A stretch of DNA of 64,000 nt from Eledone cirrhosa (lineage: Eukaryota), in assembly GCA_964016885.1 (NCBI GenBank), contig OZ024746.1:79546001-79610000 (forward strand), written 5' to 3'. The position numbers and the translations under genes are program-made. Under the pieces are notes generated by a model. It saw only the letters and a program-made list of their open reading frames with translations. It was not told where the DNA came from and did no database searches. Position 1 is the first letter of the stretch; each line of letters opens with the position of its first letter. Below, one piece after another: positions 27,856 through 41,379 of the stretch.

Positions 27856-28496
27856 TTTCTCAAATTGACTTTCAATAAAATATCAGCTTGCCTCAGTATC
27901 GTAAATATTTTTTTCAAAATTGTAATTGTTTATTCTTTTCGAGTTATTTCCCTTGTTTTCCGTTTTTAGGTTTTAAATGTCGATAGAGGTGGTTTTTGTC
28001 TACCGACCGCATGAATAATCACAATTATCAAAAATGTTCAAAAGCACCCAATTGATAGAGTCTTTAGAGCGTCGAATTAAATTCTTCAGTAGCTTTCCAT
28101 TCAAATCCCAAGTTCACCTTTACCTTTCATCATTTCGGAATCGATAAATGAAGTCCAGGGTGTCGAATTTGGCAGAATTGTTAAAGAGGAGCCCGAGATG
28201 CTTCACAGTAGTTGTTCCAGCTGTGTAAAGTCTGAGTTCAAAGCCCATCTCTTGTCGCCAAAAAAGCATGGTTCTTTTGCCAGGAGTGGTAACCGTCATA
28301 TAATATCAGCAATGAAAAGACTAATGGGAACATAGTTTCACTGATCCGGCATGAAGACCGGTTTTTTCCTTTCTTTTTGTTTTCATCGCATTGTACAGTA
28401 TTGCAGATCTGAAACTATGCCGTATTTGTATTTAATATACGTAACACTTACCCGAAAAGTTCTCTCATAGGCCTTTTGTTTATAAAGAACTCGCAT

Positions 28497-28660
28497 AGGC
28501 GGCGAATTGGCAGAGTGGTTGGAGCTTATGATAAAATGCTTTAGGGTATTCGTTCCGGAATTCTGCGCTCTGAGTCCAAATCCACGGGGGAGATCTAATA
28601 AATTTACCTTTCATCCTTCCAAGGACGAGACATAAAGTATCAGTTTAATACTGAGTTGAT
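28497..28660 (+). mobile_element. Diverged SINE (family 1)
   Basis: GGCGAATTGGCAGAGTGGTT head, TGAGTCCAAATCC, CCTTTCATCCTTCC core. Confidence 0.65.
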
Positions 28661-28914
28661 CATCCCTCTCTCTGTCCTTCTCTTTCCCTAGACATAATCG
28701 GCTATCTCGGAGCTGGAGAGAGATGTGTTTCCCCAGATTTAAAATTCCTCTACGACTCCAAAATAAGCATAAACATTAATATTTCGTTATAAATCCCATT
28801 AATTTTTAACTATAAATACCAAATGTGTGAAAGCAACATATGGTTGTTATACGTGAGAAACAACACTATTTGTTCACAGGCAGAAAAGTACATTACTTGG
28901 TACTGTTTAGAATA

Positions 28915-29245
28915 ATTATTTCTTAATTAGGCAGAAGTCCAACAATTTTCGGGTGAGAACATCAATTATATTTACCACAAAACTGGTTTAGTACTTTATT
29001 TTATCGGCATTAAAAGGATGAAATGCAAAATTGACAACAGCAGGATTTGAAGTGATAACTTAAAAAACACATTGGAAGGCGAAGTTGATTATGTTGACAC
29101 AAGCACATAACTGACATGCTATTTTATCGATCTTGAAGGAGTAAAAGGTAAATCTGAACTTGGTGTTATTTGAACTAAGACCGTAAAGAACCAGAACAAA
29201 TACTGCAAGGTATTTATCTAACGTCCTAATGACACTACCAATACA
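28915..29245 (-). mobile_element. Two old SINE family 1 remnants
   Basis: Two copies of TTTTATCG..AAGGA..AAA.G.AAA core on the minus strand. Confidence 0.5.
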
Positions 29246-29599
29246 CTTCTCTTGTTTGGACTAGAATAACAAACTCGTTTAAGAATTATAAACCTTAATG
29301 GCAATAAACTATATACTTCATACGATTCTTGTCATTCATTAAAAAAATGTACTCATTTAAAACTGAAGAATGATTTATAACATTCAAATTTTTGGAAAAA
29401 TGATCATCGGCGGGAATAATTTAGAAGAATGCAACCATGACCAAAATAGCTTTACATAAGAATCTTAGGTGGATTACGCAGAGCATTAATGCTTTATCAT
29501 GATATATTTAATTTAAAATTAATTACTAGTGTAAGTTGTTTTTTTCTGACTGCCCTTTCATGACTTCACCCATTTAGCTATCGGTTGTGAAGTGTAAGG

Positions 29600-30330
29600 T
29601 TTTTAACTGTGTACTTTAGAGTAACATATATTAGTATTTCGGAGTTGTACATGTCTGGATATTGACTTGATGTGAGACAGTGTATTGAAACTAATGCAAT
29701 TACATCGTAGAAGAGTCGTTTTAACCCCTTCAAAAATCTACGAAAATTGAGGGCACTGACATAGTTCCACTGCAAATATGGAAATGTGTTAGTGTCCAGA
29801 TCGCAAACAGTGCGACGAACATTTTAACAGCAAGAAATATATGATAAATTTAAAAGGAAGTTAACAGATTTTGTGTGTTTTTGAATGACTAAAATGACTC
29901 TTCCAGGATTTAATTTTTATATTAGTATTCGAATTAGAAATCGAGAGCATTGTATCAAATAGGAATTGTGTGATTAAAATAGTTTGCTCCCTCAGAAAGT
30001 ATTCTAATGTCCCAGAACACTCAGGATTCAGCAAATCCATTATCACAGGCATTCTGGCCGTGATCATCGCATCTTGTTTCAGATATTGTGAGTCGAAGAG
30101 TATAATATATATCTTTAAGAAAGAACTTTGAAAGCAACTTGGCTACTATTTCTAGTAAGCCATGTAACCACATAGTTTTCTCCTTGGTTGACACGCTAGT
30201 AGAATTTCTTCGAGGCGTAGAAATATTGAATATGAGAAAAAGCATTGACAAAATTAATGGAAATATAATTAGGCTATAAAAAAGCAGTTGCGCTAATGGC
30301 TTGCATTTAAGTAAGCTAAAGATTGATGTA
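29600..30330 (+). pseudogene. Possible highly decayed hAT transposase fragment
   Basis: Weak motif NILTA....KFKRKL only; many stops. Confidence 0.22.
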
Positions 30331-30674
30331 CTAATTGACTTACTTAAATGATTATTAATTAAACGATATTTGCCTCATAGTTGGAGAAAGAAAACAAAAG
30401 TCTAGCCTTAATTGCTAGACATTCTTAAAGAGGGGAGATGATTAAAAAGTAAATAATACATTTCAAAGAATAAATTTCAGAGAATAAATTTCACACACTT
30501 AATTTTCATATTCAGGGGAAAATCTGAGATTTGTTAGCTGGAAAGTCGGCTGAAGAGTTCATAGGCTGACTATAAAGAAAGGAGGCTAGAGCTGTGTAAT
30601 CTTGCATGCATTATTTTCAGGTGTTGTTATTTCAGCCGACCCAAGTATATATATGTAGAGAGAGAGAGAGAGAG

Positions 30675-30797
30675 AGTCCAGAAATAGCTGTCGAAACGGC
30701 TTAAGCTCTGCCGTCAGGGTTCTGACTTTTTTCCTATTACCCACTTTACTACCCAAAGTATCGAGTAATCTGGTTCCTTACCACACTTACTTCGTTA
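30675..30797 (+). mobile_element. Family G, single arm plus tail
   Basis: AGTCCAGAAATAGCTGTCGAAACGGCTT...CTTCGTTA. Confidence 0.8.
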
Positions 30798-30826
30798 TAC
30801 ATATATATATATATATATATATACAT

Positions 30827-31110
30827 ATGATGGCTGCAAACTCTGCCAACAGTATTGCAATCGCTTGTCAGATTCAGATATGTGACGCTCGGATATGGCT
30901 TTTCAAGCCTGCTAGAGACTTGCACTCCTTCACACACTGACGACAACTATGGATCGCCCTGGCTTGAGGTCCTACATTAGGTTTCCCGTGAACCCTCACA
31001 ACACCGTGGAGATCATAGTTCACTGGTTTTCTTTGAACATGGCTGCGACTGTGGCTCCTGAAACCAGATTTGCTCAAGCAAATTTTTCCACACTCAGGGC
31101 ACTTCAATTC
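30827..31110 (-). mobile_element. 3' end of an RTE-type LINE encoding two C2H2 zinc fingers
   Basis: CPECGKICLSKSGFRSHSRSH and [22 protein letters not shown], short 3' UTR ending GCAGCCATCAT plus simple-repeat tail. Confidence 0.75.
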
Positions 31111-31120
31111 ATATACAAAC

Positions 31121-31732
31121 ATGGTGGCTGCCAACTCGTTTTCGAGTACGGCCACTACTTTATATCCATGTAGGAGAACCCCTACCGATGCGCTGAACAA
31201 ATGTGACATTTTAGTCCAGCCAACGACTTGAAAACTCTGGTACAAACACTACACCTGTGACAATTATTGACACATAGTGCTGGGCCCATGGCACCATGTG
31301 ACGACAAGTGCAGAGAGATCTCCAGATATAAAGCATTGCCTGTGCCGTGAAGCTTTTATAGTGAGCAAAGGCACTGCACAAAGCCAGTCCCACTCTCTTA
31401 ACCAAGATGATATTTACCAAAAAGAAGAACAAGTCAACATCATCAGATACCATCAGGGTTGCAGGTGTTATATCAGAGTTTTCCTTCTCCTAGAATTCTG
31501 CCTTGACAAAGGCTAAGGGGTCATCTCTCCCGGTGATTTTGGATGGCCATTGACTCTTAAGAGCTCCTTTGCCTTTTGACAGGTTTTGTTTTTAGCCCTG
31601 CAGGATGTCCAAAGTCACCCTCCTCACCAAGAAACCTTGGTGGGGTTGCCAGTTTAGTCGCCAACGACCCGACCATGGGACAGGTTGTACTGGGATACAT
31701 GTTACCAGTAGCACCAACTGGTGACCTGACAT
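31121..31732 (-). mobile_element. Family R non-autonomous element, full length
   Basis: Reverse complement of 36621-37229 with few differences. Confidence 0.92.
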
Positions 31733-32984
31733 ACATACATACATACATACATACATACATACATACATACATACATACATACATACATACATGTGTGTGT
31801 GGGGGGGGAGGGGTCTTCGTTCCCACCTTCCGATAAATCTCTTTCTATATCTCTATGTAATAATTTGATAAATAGTAAGTAGAAAAATCTATTTAAAGTT
31901 TCATGCTTACTTTCATTTAATCGATCGTATTGTATATAAAACATCAAGGACGACGACCTCGACAGAAACAATGACTGCCACGATGTTTGCAATAATAACA
32001 ATTACATCCAACAACAGGAACAACAACAAACGAGATTTTTATCTAATCTACAAAGATTATGAAATGAGAAAATTGTTATTTTTCTTTTTCTAGGTATATT
32101 TTTAATTTTGGGAATATAATTAATGAATTAAAGAATTTTATCAGGATATGGCACAAAAAAATATTTCTTAGAATTTATATCAAATACCATAATCTACTTG
32201 TGACAGAAGAAGATATATGTTAAATATTCCATTGTATCCATGGTCTACATGCTTCAAGTCAATTCTAATTATTAGTTATAGAATTACGAAAATTCTTGGA
32301 AGTCATGCACACACAATCGTCCCTTTTCTGCTAAAGTTCCTCCACCATTCCGTCTATGTAAAAAAGTTATGATTTTTGACAACCAGTATAATCTTCTCTA
32401 TAGTCATTATCAAGGAAAACTGTTCATCACTCGTTAACATATGTTATCCAATCGATTTACAACACATTAACAGTAAATGAAATATTATACAGAGAAACTG
32501 TATTCTGTATTGTTTTTCTCAAACAGGTTTAAGTTTTCATTTTCTTTTGAGTCATGTAACTTATTGAGTGGTTGAAAACGCGATCTTCATATACTGTATT
32601 TATATATGATGTAGCTAATGTGATGTAGATAGCTCAACAGAAGGCATGGTCAACAAGTTAGAAAGGTCGGTCCACAATTATTAGGTCCAATGTTCGATCT
32701 TTCAAGCATAGCTTCGAATCGACCCAAGAGTTATGAGCAAAACTGGATAGATGATAATGTGTGGTATCAAATTGATTAGCTTTTACCTGTAAATCAAAGA
32801 GTCAACCTTATCCCACACTGTATTATGCTTGAATATTAAGTTAACGTTACAAGTGTGCGTGGAATACTCAGCCACTTACACAGTACATCAATTTGTTCCT
32901 AGTTTAGTTCTTCGAACAACAGTAAGACTTATAGTCTAGATCGACAGATATATTTACTTAGGTTATTTTTATCTATATAAACAT

Positions 32985-33190
32985 AATAGTTTCTACTTTA
33001 GGCACAAGGCGAGCAATTTAATGGGGAGGGGAAAGTACATTAAATCGACCCCAGTGCATTACTGGTGCTTTATTTATCGACCTCGTAAGGATGAAAGGCA
33101 AAGCTAGCCTTGGCAAGATTTGAACTCCGAACGTAAATGGCTATGACTCTATGCCGCTAAGCATGTTGTCCGACGCTCTACCGATTCTGC
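32985..33190 (-). mobile_element. SINE family 1
   Basis: Tail, core and B box on the minus strand. Confidence 0.85.
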
Positions 33191-33539
33191 TTTTATCTAT
33201 ATACATATAATAGATCTAATATAGTGCACAAACCAAGTTGAGGGAGAACCATTGCTACAAAATGTTATTTGTTTCACTTGCTATGTCTGGAGGAAGGACA
33301 GTATCCAGGTTTTTACAGGCATTCCTTTTCACTTTGTTCTGTCACAAACACCCTCACCCACACTATTTTCAATTCCTATTCTATCGATCTTCATCGGAGA
33401 TCTTCTAACGACTTACTTTTCTTATGCCGTTTTAGTTTCAAACAAAACCGTGCTTTACTAAGTATCCTTCTGGCCTTTTGAAAATACAGCCTACACATCT
33501 CCAATTTGGTGAACTGCTCAAAAGGCTCCCACATATAAG

Positions 33540-33870
33540 TAAACCAGATAAACGTAAATATTAAGGCCCTAAAAACGGAAAAGTAGCAAACCCGGAGGAA
33601 ATCTAGTCGAACATTAAAAAACAACTACATTATATGTTGCTGGTGTGGTTGGGACTCCTAATACAAAAGATCTGGAGAGAGGCCTAAATGTCCGCAGAGT
33701 GGCTAAAATATCATCTGGTGAAACTACCAAAAATAGATCTTAGCAAGAGCTAAAATTGTGTGACATCATACTTCTATCCGAACCCAGCAAAATAATCACA
33801 AGGAATATTCTTGACACACTGAAAAATACCTTAAAACACATGCTAAGGGCATAGCAACCAGGTATTATTT
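33540..33870 (+). pseudogene. Decayed RTE-type RT N-terminal region
   Basis: KIWREA*MSAEWLKYHLVKLPK.DLS..CDIILLSEPSKIITRNILDTLK..LRA*QPG resembles RT domains 0-2. Confidence 0.65.
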
Positions 33871-34862
33871 TGCCAATTGAAACCTTATTGCATTTCGATT
33901 CATATAAATTATAAGAAATAAAGACAAAGGAAGAAATAGAGAGAGACACAAAGAAATCAACAAAACTTCAAGAAAACAATGGATTTAGTTGTCATAATAA
34001 TATAAATTTAGTTAAAAACATTTCCACATGCAAAAATGTCTTTTAAATCTACATTGCATCTAGAATCAATGAGATTATAACGATCCTAGTTATTTATCAG
34101 AAGAAACTTCATACATGTTCAAAGCCGAATTTTTCATTATCTTTTGTTTTTCAGTCTACTTTAATTTTATAGTTGTTTACTTATTTATCTATAGGTCTGC
34201 TGTTTTTCCTATTTATTTCATTTTTATTTATTTCATTGAAAGCCAGCCGAGTGACATCCTGTGTTTTCTCTTCGCTTCAATTTTGTAATGGTAAACGGCA
34301 AGTCACGTTCGTGCGTGATTTGAAGGCCAAAGCGAAACGAGATTCAAATAATAGACTTCTCGAAACATTCTTCTACAAGCTAGTGCCCACACCCTTCGTG
34401 TCCATCTCCATCACCACCTCATTTAATGTCTGAGGTGACAGGAAAGGTCTGAAGTGAAATCAAATGGTGGAGAAGCGCAAGAAGTAAAGACAGAGAGAGT
34501 CAACTTTATTATTGATGCTAAATCCGGTTCACAATGAACGCATTTATAACTTTTATTCTTCTATTCTAACTTATGCACTCGAACTTTAATTCTCATATTC
34601 TTTTGTTCTTCTTCTTGCTTTCTCTCTGTTTTTCTCGTATTTATTCTTTCCATCTTTATTTCCTTCCTATATTTTCCCCTTACACCATTTTCATTCTTTT
34701 ATTCTCTTTCCTTATTTACTTATATCCCCTTCACCAATGTTTTATTTTCATTTTTCCTCTTTTCTCTTTCTTTTTCGTTCGTTAATGTTCACCCACCAAT
34801 TTACTATCTTTTGCTTTCTATATATATATATGTGTGTGTTTTTCTGTGTGTATACATACATC

Positions 34863-34895
<33 letters not shown>

Positions 34896-35122
34896 GTGTG
34901 TTTGTGTGTGGATGTATCTATGTATGCATACATTTTTCTATATGTGTATGGATGTATGTATACACACAGAAAAACACACGCACACACACACACATATATA
35001 TATCTATATCTATATATATACATACATATATATATACATATTTTATATATATATGTGTGTGTGTGTGTATGTATGTATATAACTATACATGCATATATAT
35101 AATATAATTTTTCATACAATAC

Positions 35123-35175
<53 letters not shown>

Positions 35176-35763
35176 TGTGTGTATGTGTGTGTGTACGCAC
35201 ACATTTATGTAACTATATATCATTGAACCATCTTCTCTCTCTCTCTCTTTCTCATTCTATTTCACTCATTTTCCTCTTCGACTTCGTCTTTTCTTCCTTT
35301 AAAACAAACACCATCAATAAACATCATATCCTATCCTACTCCATTTCAGAATCTGTATGATCAGAACGTTTGTCCAACTTAATGATGTTTGAAGTTGTGA
35401 TAATACTGTTTATTATACACACAGTTCCAATCATAGATAAAGCAGACTTTTAGTGGCAAGGTTTTGCGAGAAAACTTTGTTTTATTCCTTGTAGTTCTTT
35501 TCCTTGCTATATTGAATTTAAAAAGCTAATTATCAACCAAATGGGATACCACTAACAACTATACTTGTTGAATAAACGCATTCTCTAAGAATGAAATAAA
35601 GACAAATACGCGACTTAGAAATACCTATGTATTCATCTAACATATATTTGTGTATACGCACAGGCATACACACACGCACATATACACATATCCACCATAC
35701 ATACATATACACATATACACATATACACATACACACATATATATGTATGTATCTATCTATCTA

Positions 35764-35797
<34 letters not shown>

Positions 35798-35798
<1 letters not shown>

Positions 35799-35924
35799 TG
35801 ATGATTTCTAAAGAATGAAACAGTTCTAGTCCTGTAGAATCACATCTATATTAAAACTTGTATACTCTGCAATGTATTAAGTACCTTACTTACTGTGGTT
35901 ACCTCCGATTCAACCCGGAATAAC

Positions 35925-35925
<1 letters not shown>
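35798..35925 (+). mobile_element. (TA)n-embedded family H copy beginning exactly at a hammerhead-like core
   Basis: CTGATGA-TTTCT-aa-AGAAT-GAAAC...GTC; matches the reverse complement of 61285-61412. Confidence 0.8.
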
Positions 35926-35956
<31 letters not shown>

Positions 35957-35963
35957 ATATGTG

Positions 35964-35997
<34 letters not shown>

Positions 35998-35998
<1 letters not shown>

Positions 35999-36567
35999 GA
36001 AAAAATGGGGAGAAGAATACTGCATTTTGCACATGGATAACATGTAATAAAATGAATCCCTCATCAGTGATTTGCCGACGATCATAGATATTTCATTGCA
36101 TTAAAAATCATATACCTCACGTCGGTGCAATAATAACTAAATTAAGTTATTAGGACAATTAAAACGCGTAAAGCGAGTGAGACAAGATAATAACAAAGAG
36201 GAGAGCTAACCGTAGAGAGGAAGGGAACAAGCTACATAGTTATTCTGTTAGCATAAGCTAGGTGAATATATGAGCGCTTAGAAAAAAGACCTTTCGGGAT
36301 GAATTCAAATGTGAGAAAGAAAGAATTTGTTTTCGTCGCGAACGGGGTGAAGTGAGAAGGGGAGAAACAGTGAGTGAGTGAGTGGAAGTGTGAGGAAGAG
36401 TTAACTGACATGATAGAGGGGGCGAAAGAAAGTAGGAGAAACAGAGAGAACGAGGGAGCAGTAAGAGAGAGAGAGAGAAAAAAAAACAGAATCGCAGTTT
36501 AGGTAAATATATGTGAAAAAATGGGGAGAAGAATACTGCAGGTTGCACATGGATAACATGTAATAAA
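35998..36567 (-). mobile_element. (TA)n-flanked segment bounded by ~54-bp direct repeats
   Basis: TGAAAAAATGGGGAGAAGAATACTGCA..TTGCACATGGATAACATGTAATAAA at about 35998 and 36514; CTGATGA on the minus strand at 36061-36067. Confidence 0.55.
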
Positions 36568-36585
36568 TATATATATGTATATATA

Positions 36586-36620
<35 letters not shown>

Positions 36621-36622
<2 letters not shown>

Positions 36623-37229
36623 GTCAGGTCACCACTTGGTGCTACTGGTAACATGTATCCCAGTACAACCTGTCTCATGGTCGGGTCGTTGGCGACTAAA
36701 CTGGCAACCCCACAAAGGTTTCTTGGTGAGGAGGGTGACTTTGGACATCCTGCAGGACTAAAAACAAAACCTGTCAAAGGGCAAGGGAGCTCTTAAGAGT
36801 CAATAGCCATCCAAAATCACCGGGAGAGATGACCCCTTAGCCTTTGTCAAGGCAGAATTCTAGGAGAAGGAAAACTCTGATATAACACCTGCAACCCTGA
36901 TGGTATCCAATGATGTTGACTTGTTCTTCTTTTTGGTAAATATCATCTTGGTTAAGAGAGTGGGACTGGCTTTGTGCAGTGCCTTTCCTCACTATAAAAG
37001 CTTCACGGCACAGGCATTGCTTTATATCTGGAGATCTCTCTGCCCTTGTCGTCACATGGTACCATGGGCTCAGCACTATGTGTCAATAATTGTCACAGGT
37101 GTAGTGTTTGTACCAGAGTTTTCAAGTCGCTGGCTGGACTAAAAAGTCACACTCGTTCAGCGCATCGGTAGGGGTTCTACATGGATATAAAGTAGTGGCC
37201 ATACTCGAAAACGAGTTGGCAGCCACCAT
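36621..37229 (+). mobile_element. Family R non-autonomous RTE-tailed element, full length
   Basis: ATGTCAGGTCACC...CTCGAAAACGAGTTGGCAGCCACCAT; 37100-37171 encodes [23 protein letters not shown]. Confidence 0.92.
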
Positions 37230-37392
37230 ATATATATGTATGTATATGTGTATGTATGTGTATATGTATGTATGTATATATGTATGTATATGTATATGTA
37301 TGTGTATGTATGTATGTATGTATGTATGTATGTATGTATGTATGTATGTATGTATGTATGTATGTATGTATGTATGTGTGTATGTATGTATG

Positions 37393-37426
<34 letters not shown>

Positions 37427-39245
37427 TGTATGTATGTATTTATGTATGTATGTATGTGTGTATTTATGTATGTATGTATACATGTATGTATGTGTATATA
37501 TGTATGTATGTATATGTGTATGTATGTGTATGTATGTATGTATGTATATATGTATGTATGTATGTGTATGTATGTATATATGTATGTATGTATGTATATA
37601 TATGTATGTATGTATGTGGATATGTATGTATGTGTATATGTATGTATGTGTATATGTATGTATGTATATATGTATGTATATGTATATGTATGTATGTGTG
37701 TATGTGTGTATATGTATATGTATATATGTGTGTATATGTATGTGTATATGTATATGTATATGTGTATATGTGTGTATGTATGTGTATATATATGTATGTG
37801 TATGTGTATGTGTATATATGTATGTATATGTATGTATGTATGTATATATATGTATGTATGTGTATGTATGTATATGTGTATATGTATATGTATGTATGTG
37901 TATATATGTGTGTGTGTGTGTGTGTATGTATATATATGTGCATGCATGTATGTATATGTATATGTGTGTGTATGTATATGTATATGCATGCATGTATGTA
38001 TGTATATATGTGTGTGTGTATGTGCATGCATGTATGTATGTGTGTATATGTATATATGTATGTATATGTATGTATATGTGTATGTATATGTATGTATGTA
38101 TATGTATATGTATGTATGTATATATATATGTGTATGTGTGTATGTATGTGTATGTATATGTGTATGTATATGTATGTATGTGTGTATGTATATGTATGTA
38201 TGTGTGTGTATATGTATGTATATGTATGTATGTATGTGTATATGTATGTATATGTATGTATGTATGTATATATGTATGTATATGTATGTATATGTGTATA
38301 TGTATGTGTTTATATATATGTATATATGTGTGTATATGTATATGTGTATATATGTGTGTATATATATATATGTATATGTATGTATGTATATGTATATGTG
38401 TATATGTGTATATGTGTATATGTGTGTATGTATATATATATATGTATGTGTATATATGTATATGTGTATATGTATGTATGTGTATGTATGTATATGTGTG
38501 TATGTATATATATGTGTGTATGTGTATATGTGTATGTATATATATGTATGTGTATATATGTATATGTATATATATATATATGTATATATGTATGTATATG
38601 TATATGTGTATGTGTATATATGTATATATATGTATATGTGTATATGTGTGTATATGTGTATGTGTATGTATGTGTATGTATATATGTATATGTGTGTATA
38701 TGTATATATGTATATGTATGTATATGTATATGTGTATGTATATGTATATATATGTGTATATATGTATGTATGTGTATATGTATGTATATGTATATATGTA
38801 TGTATGTGTGTATGTATATATGTATGTATATGTATATATATGTATGTATGTATATATGTATGTATGTATGTATGTATATGTGTATGTATATGTATATGTG
38901 TGTATGTATATGTATATGTGTGTATGTATATATATATATATGTATGTATATATATATATATGTATGTATATGTATATATATGTATGTATGTATGTGTGTA
39001 TGTATGTATATATGTGTGTATATATGTATATGTGTATGTATATGTGTATATATGTATATATGTATGTATATGTGTGTATATATGTATGTATGTGTATGTA
39101 TGTATATGTATGTATGTATGTATGTGTGTATGTATATGTATATATGTATATGTATGTATGTATATGTATGTATATGTATATATGTATGTGTATGTATGTA
39201 TCTGTATGTATATATATGTATGTATATGTATGTATATGTATGTAT
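37230..39245. repeat. ~2-kb (TATG/TA/TG)n alternating purine-pyrimidine array
   Basis: Directly visible. Confidence 0.95.
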
Positions 39246-39855
39246 ATGTCAGGTCACCACTTGGTGCTACTGGTAACATGTATCCCAGTACAACCTGTCT
39301 CATGGTCGGGTCGTTGGCGACTAAACTGGCAACCCCACCAAGGTTTCTTGGTGAGGAGGGTGACTTTGGACATCCTGCAGGACTAAAAACAAAACCTGTC
39401 AAAGGGCAAAGGAGCTCTTAAGAGTCAATGGCCATCCAAAATCAGTGGGAGAGATGACCCCTTAGCCTTTGTCAAGGCAGAATTCTAGGAGAAGGAAAAC
39501 TCTGATATAACACCTGCAACCCTGATGGTATCCAATGATGTTGACTTGTTCTTCTTTTTGGTAAATATCATCTTGGTTAAGAGAGTGGGACTGGCTTTGT
39601 GCAGTGCCTTTGCTCACTATAAAAGCTTCACGGCACAGGCATTGCTTTGTATCTGGAGATCTCTCTGCACTTGTCGTCACATGGTACCAAAGGCAAAGCA
39701 CTATGTGTCAATAATTGTCACAAGTGTAGTGTTTGTACCAGAGTTTTCAAGTCGCTGGCTGGACTAAAAAGTCACTCGTTCAGCGCATCGGTAGGGGTTC
39801 TCCTACATGGATATAAAGTAGTGGCCGTACTCGAAAACGAGTTGGCAGCCACCAT
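39246..39855 (+). mobile_element. Family R element, full length
   Basis: Near-identical to 36621-37229. Confidence 0.92.
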
Positions 39856-39915
39856 ATATATATATATATAACATGTAATAAATATATATATATGTAATAA
39901 ATATATATATATATG

Positions 39916-39993
<78 letters not shown>

Positions 39994-40040
39994 ATAAATA
40001 TATATGTATAACATGTAATAAATATATATATGTATATATA

Positions 40041-40435
<395 letters not shown>

Positions 40436-40534
40436 CTGTCGGGGTTATGACTCTTTCCCTATCTCACTCCCCTGTAAAATAATACAAACAGACGTAATAA
40501 TACAGAAAACACATAAATAACACTCATAGACACG

Positions 40535-40568
<34 letters not shown>

Positions 40569-40701
40569 TGTATGTATGTATGTATGTATGTATGTATGTA
40601 TGTATGTATGTATGCATGTATGTGTATATGTATGTATGTATGCATGTATGTATGTATGTATGTATGTATGTATGTATGTATGTATGTATGTATGTATGTA
40701 T

Positions 40702-41313
40702 ATGTCAGGTCACCAAATGGTGCTACTGGTAACATGTATCCTAGTACAACTTGTCTCATGGTCGGGTCGTTGGCGACTAAACTGGCAACCCCACCAAGGT
40801 TTCTTGCTGAGGAGGGTTACTTTGGACATACTACAGGACTAAAAACAAAACCTGTCAAAGGGCAAAGGAGCTCTTAAGAGTCAATGGCCATCCAAAATCA
40901 CCGGGAGAGATGACCCCTTAGTCTTTGTCAAGGCAGAATTCTAGGAGAAGGAAAACTCTGATATAACACCTGCAACCCTGATGGTATCCAATGATGTTGA
41001 CTTGTTCTTCTTTTTGGTAAATATCATCTTGGTTAAGAGAGTGGGACTGGCTTTGTGCAGTGCCTTTGCTCACTATAAAAGCTTCACGGCACAGGCATTG
41101 CTTTATATCTGGAGATCTCTCTGCACTTGTCGTCACATGGTACCAAGGGCCCAGCACTATGTGTCAATAATTGTCACAGGTGTAGTGTTTGTACCAGAGT
41201 TTTCAAGTTGCTGGCTGGACTAAAAAGTCACACTCGTTCAGCGCATCGGTAGGAGTTCTCCTACATGGATATAAAGTAGTGGCCGTACTCGAAAACGAGT
41301 TGGCAGCCACCAT
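40702..41313 (+). mobile_element. Family R element, full length, in (TATG)n
   Basis: Near-identical to 36621-37229. Confidence 0.92.
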
Positions 41314-41379
41314 GTATGTATGTATGTATGTATGTATGTATGTATGTATGTATGTATGTATGTATGTATGTATGTGCGT

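Noticed and set aside
30874-31245. Host C2H2 zinc-finger gene
   Set aside because: No TGEKP linkers, N-terminus comes from a repeat, and it ends in a LINE-type 3' UTR
36655-36712. HDV-like ribozyme in the family R head (CCAGT/ACTGG, ACC..GGT, GTCG/CGAC, CTAA)
   Set aside because: No room for a P1 3' strand and the putative P2 is not preserved in the 51646 copy
37108-39421. 700+ aa ORFs rich in Y/M/C/V or H/I/T
   Set aside because: Translations of a stop-free TATG/TA/TG microsatellite, open in several frames on both strands
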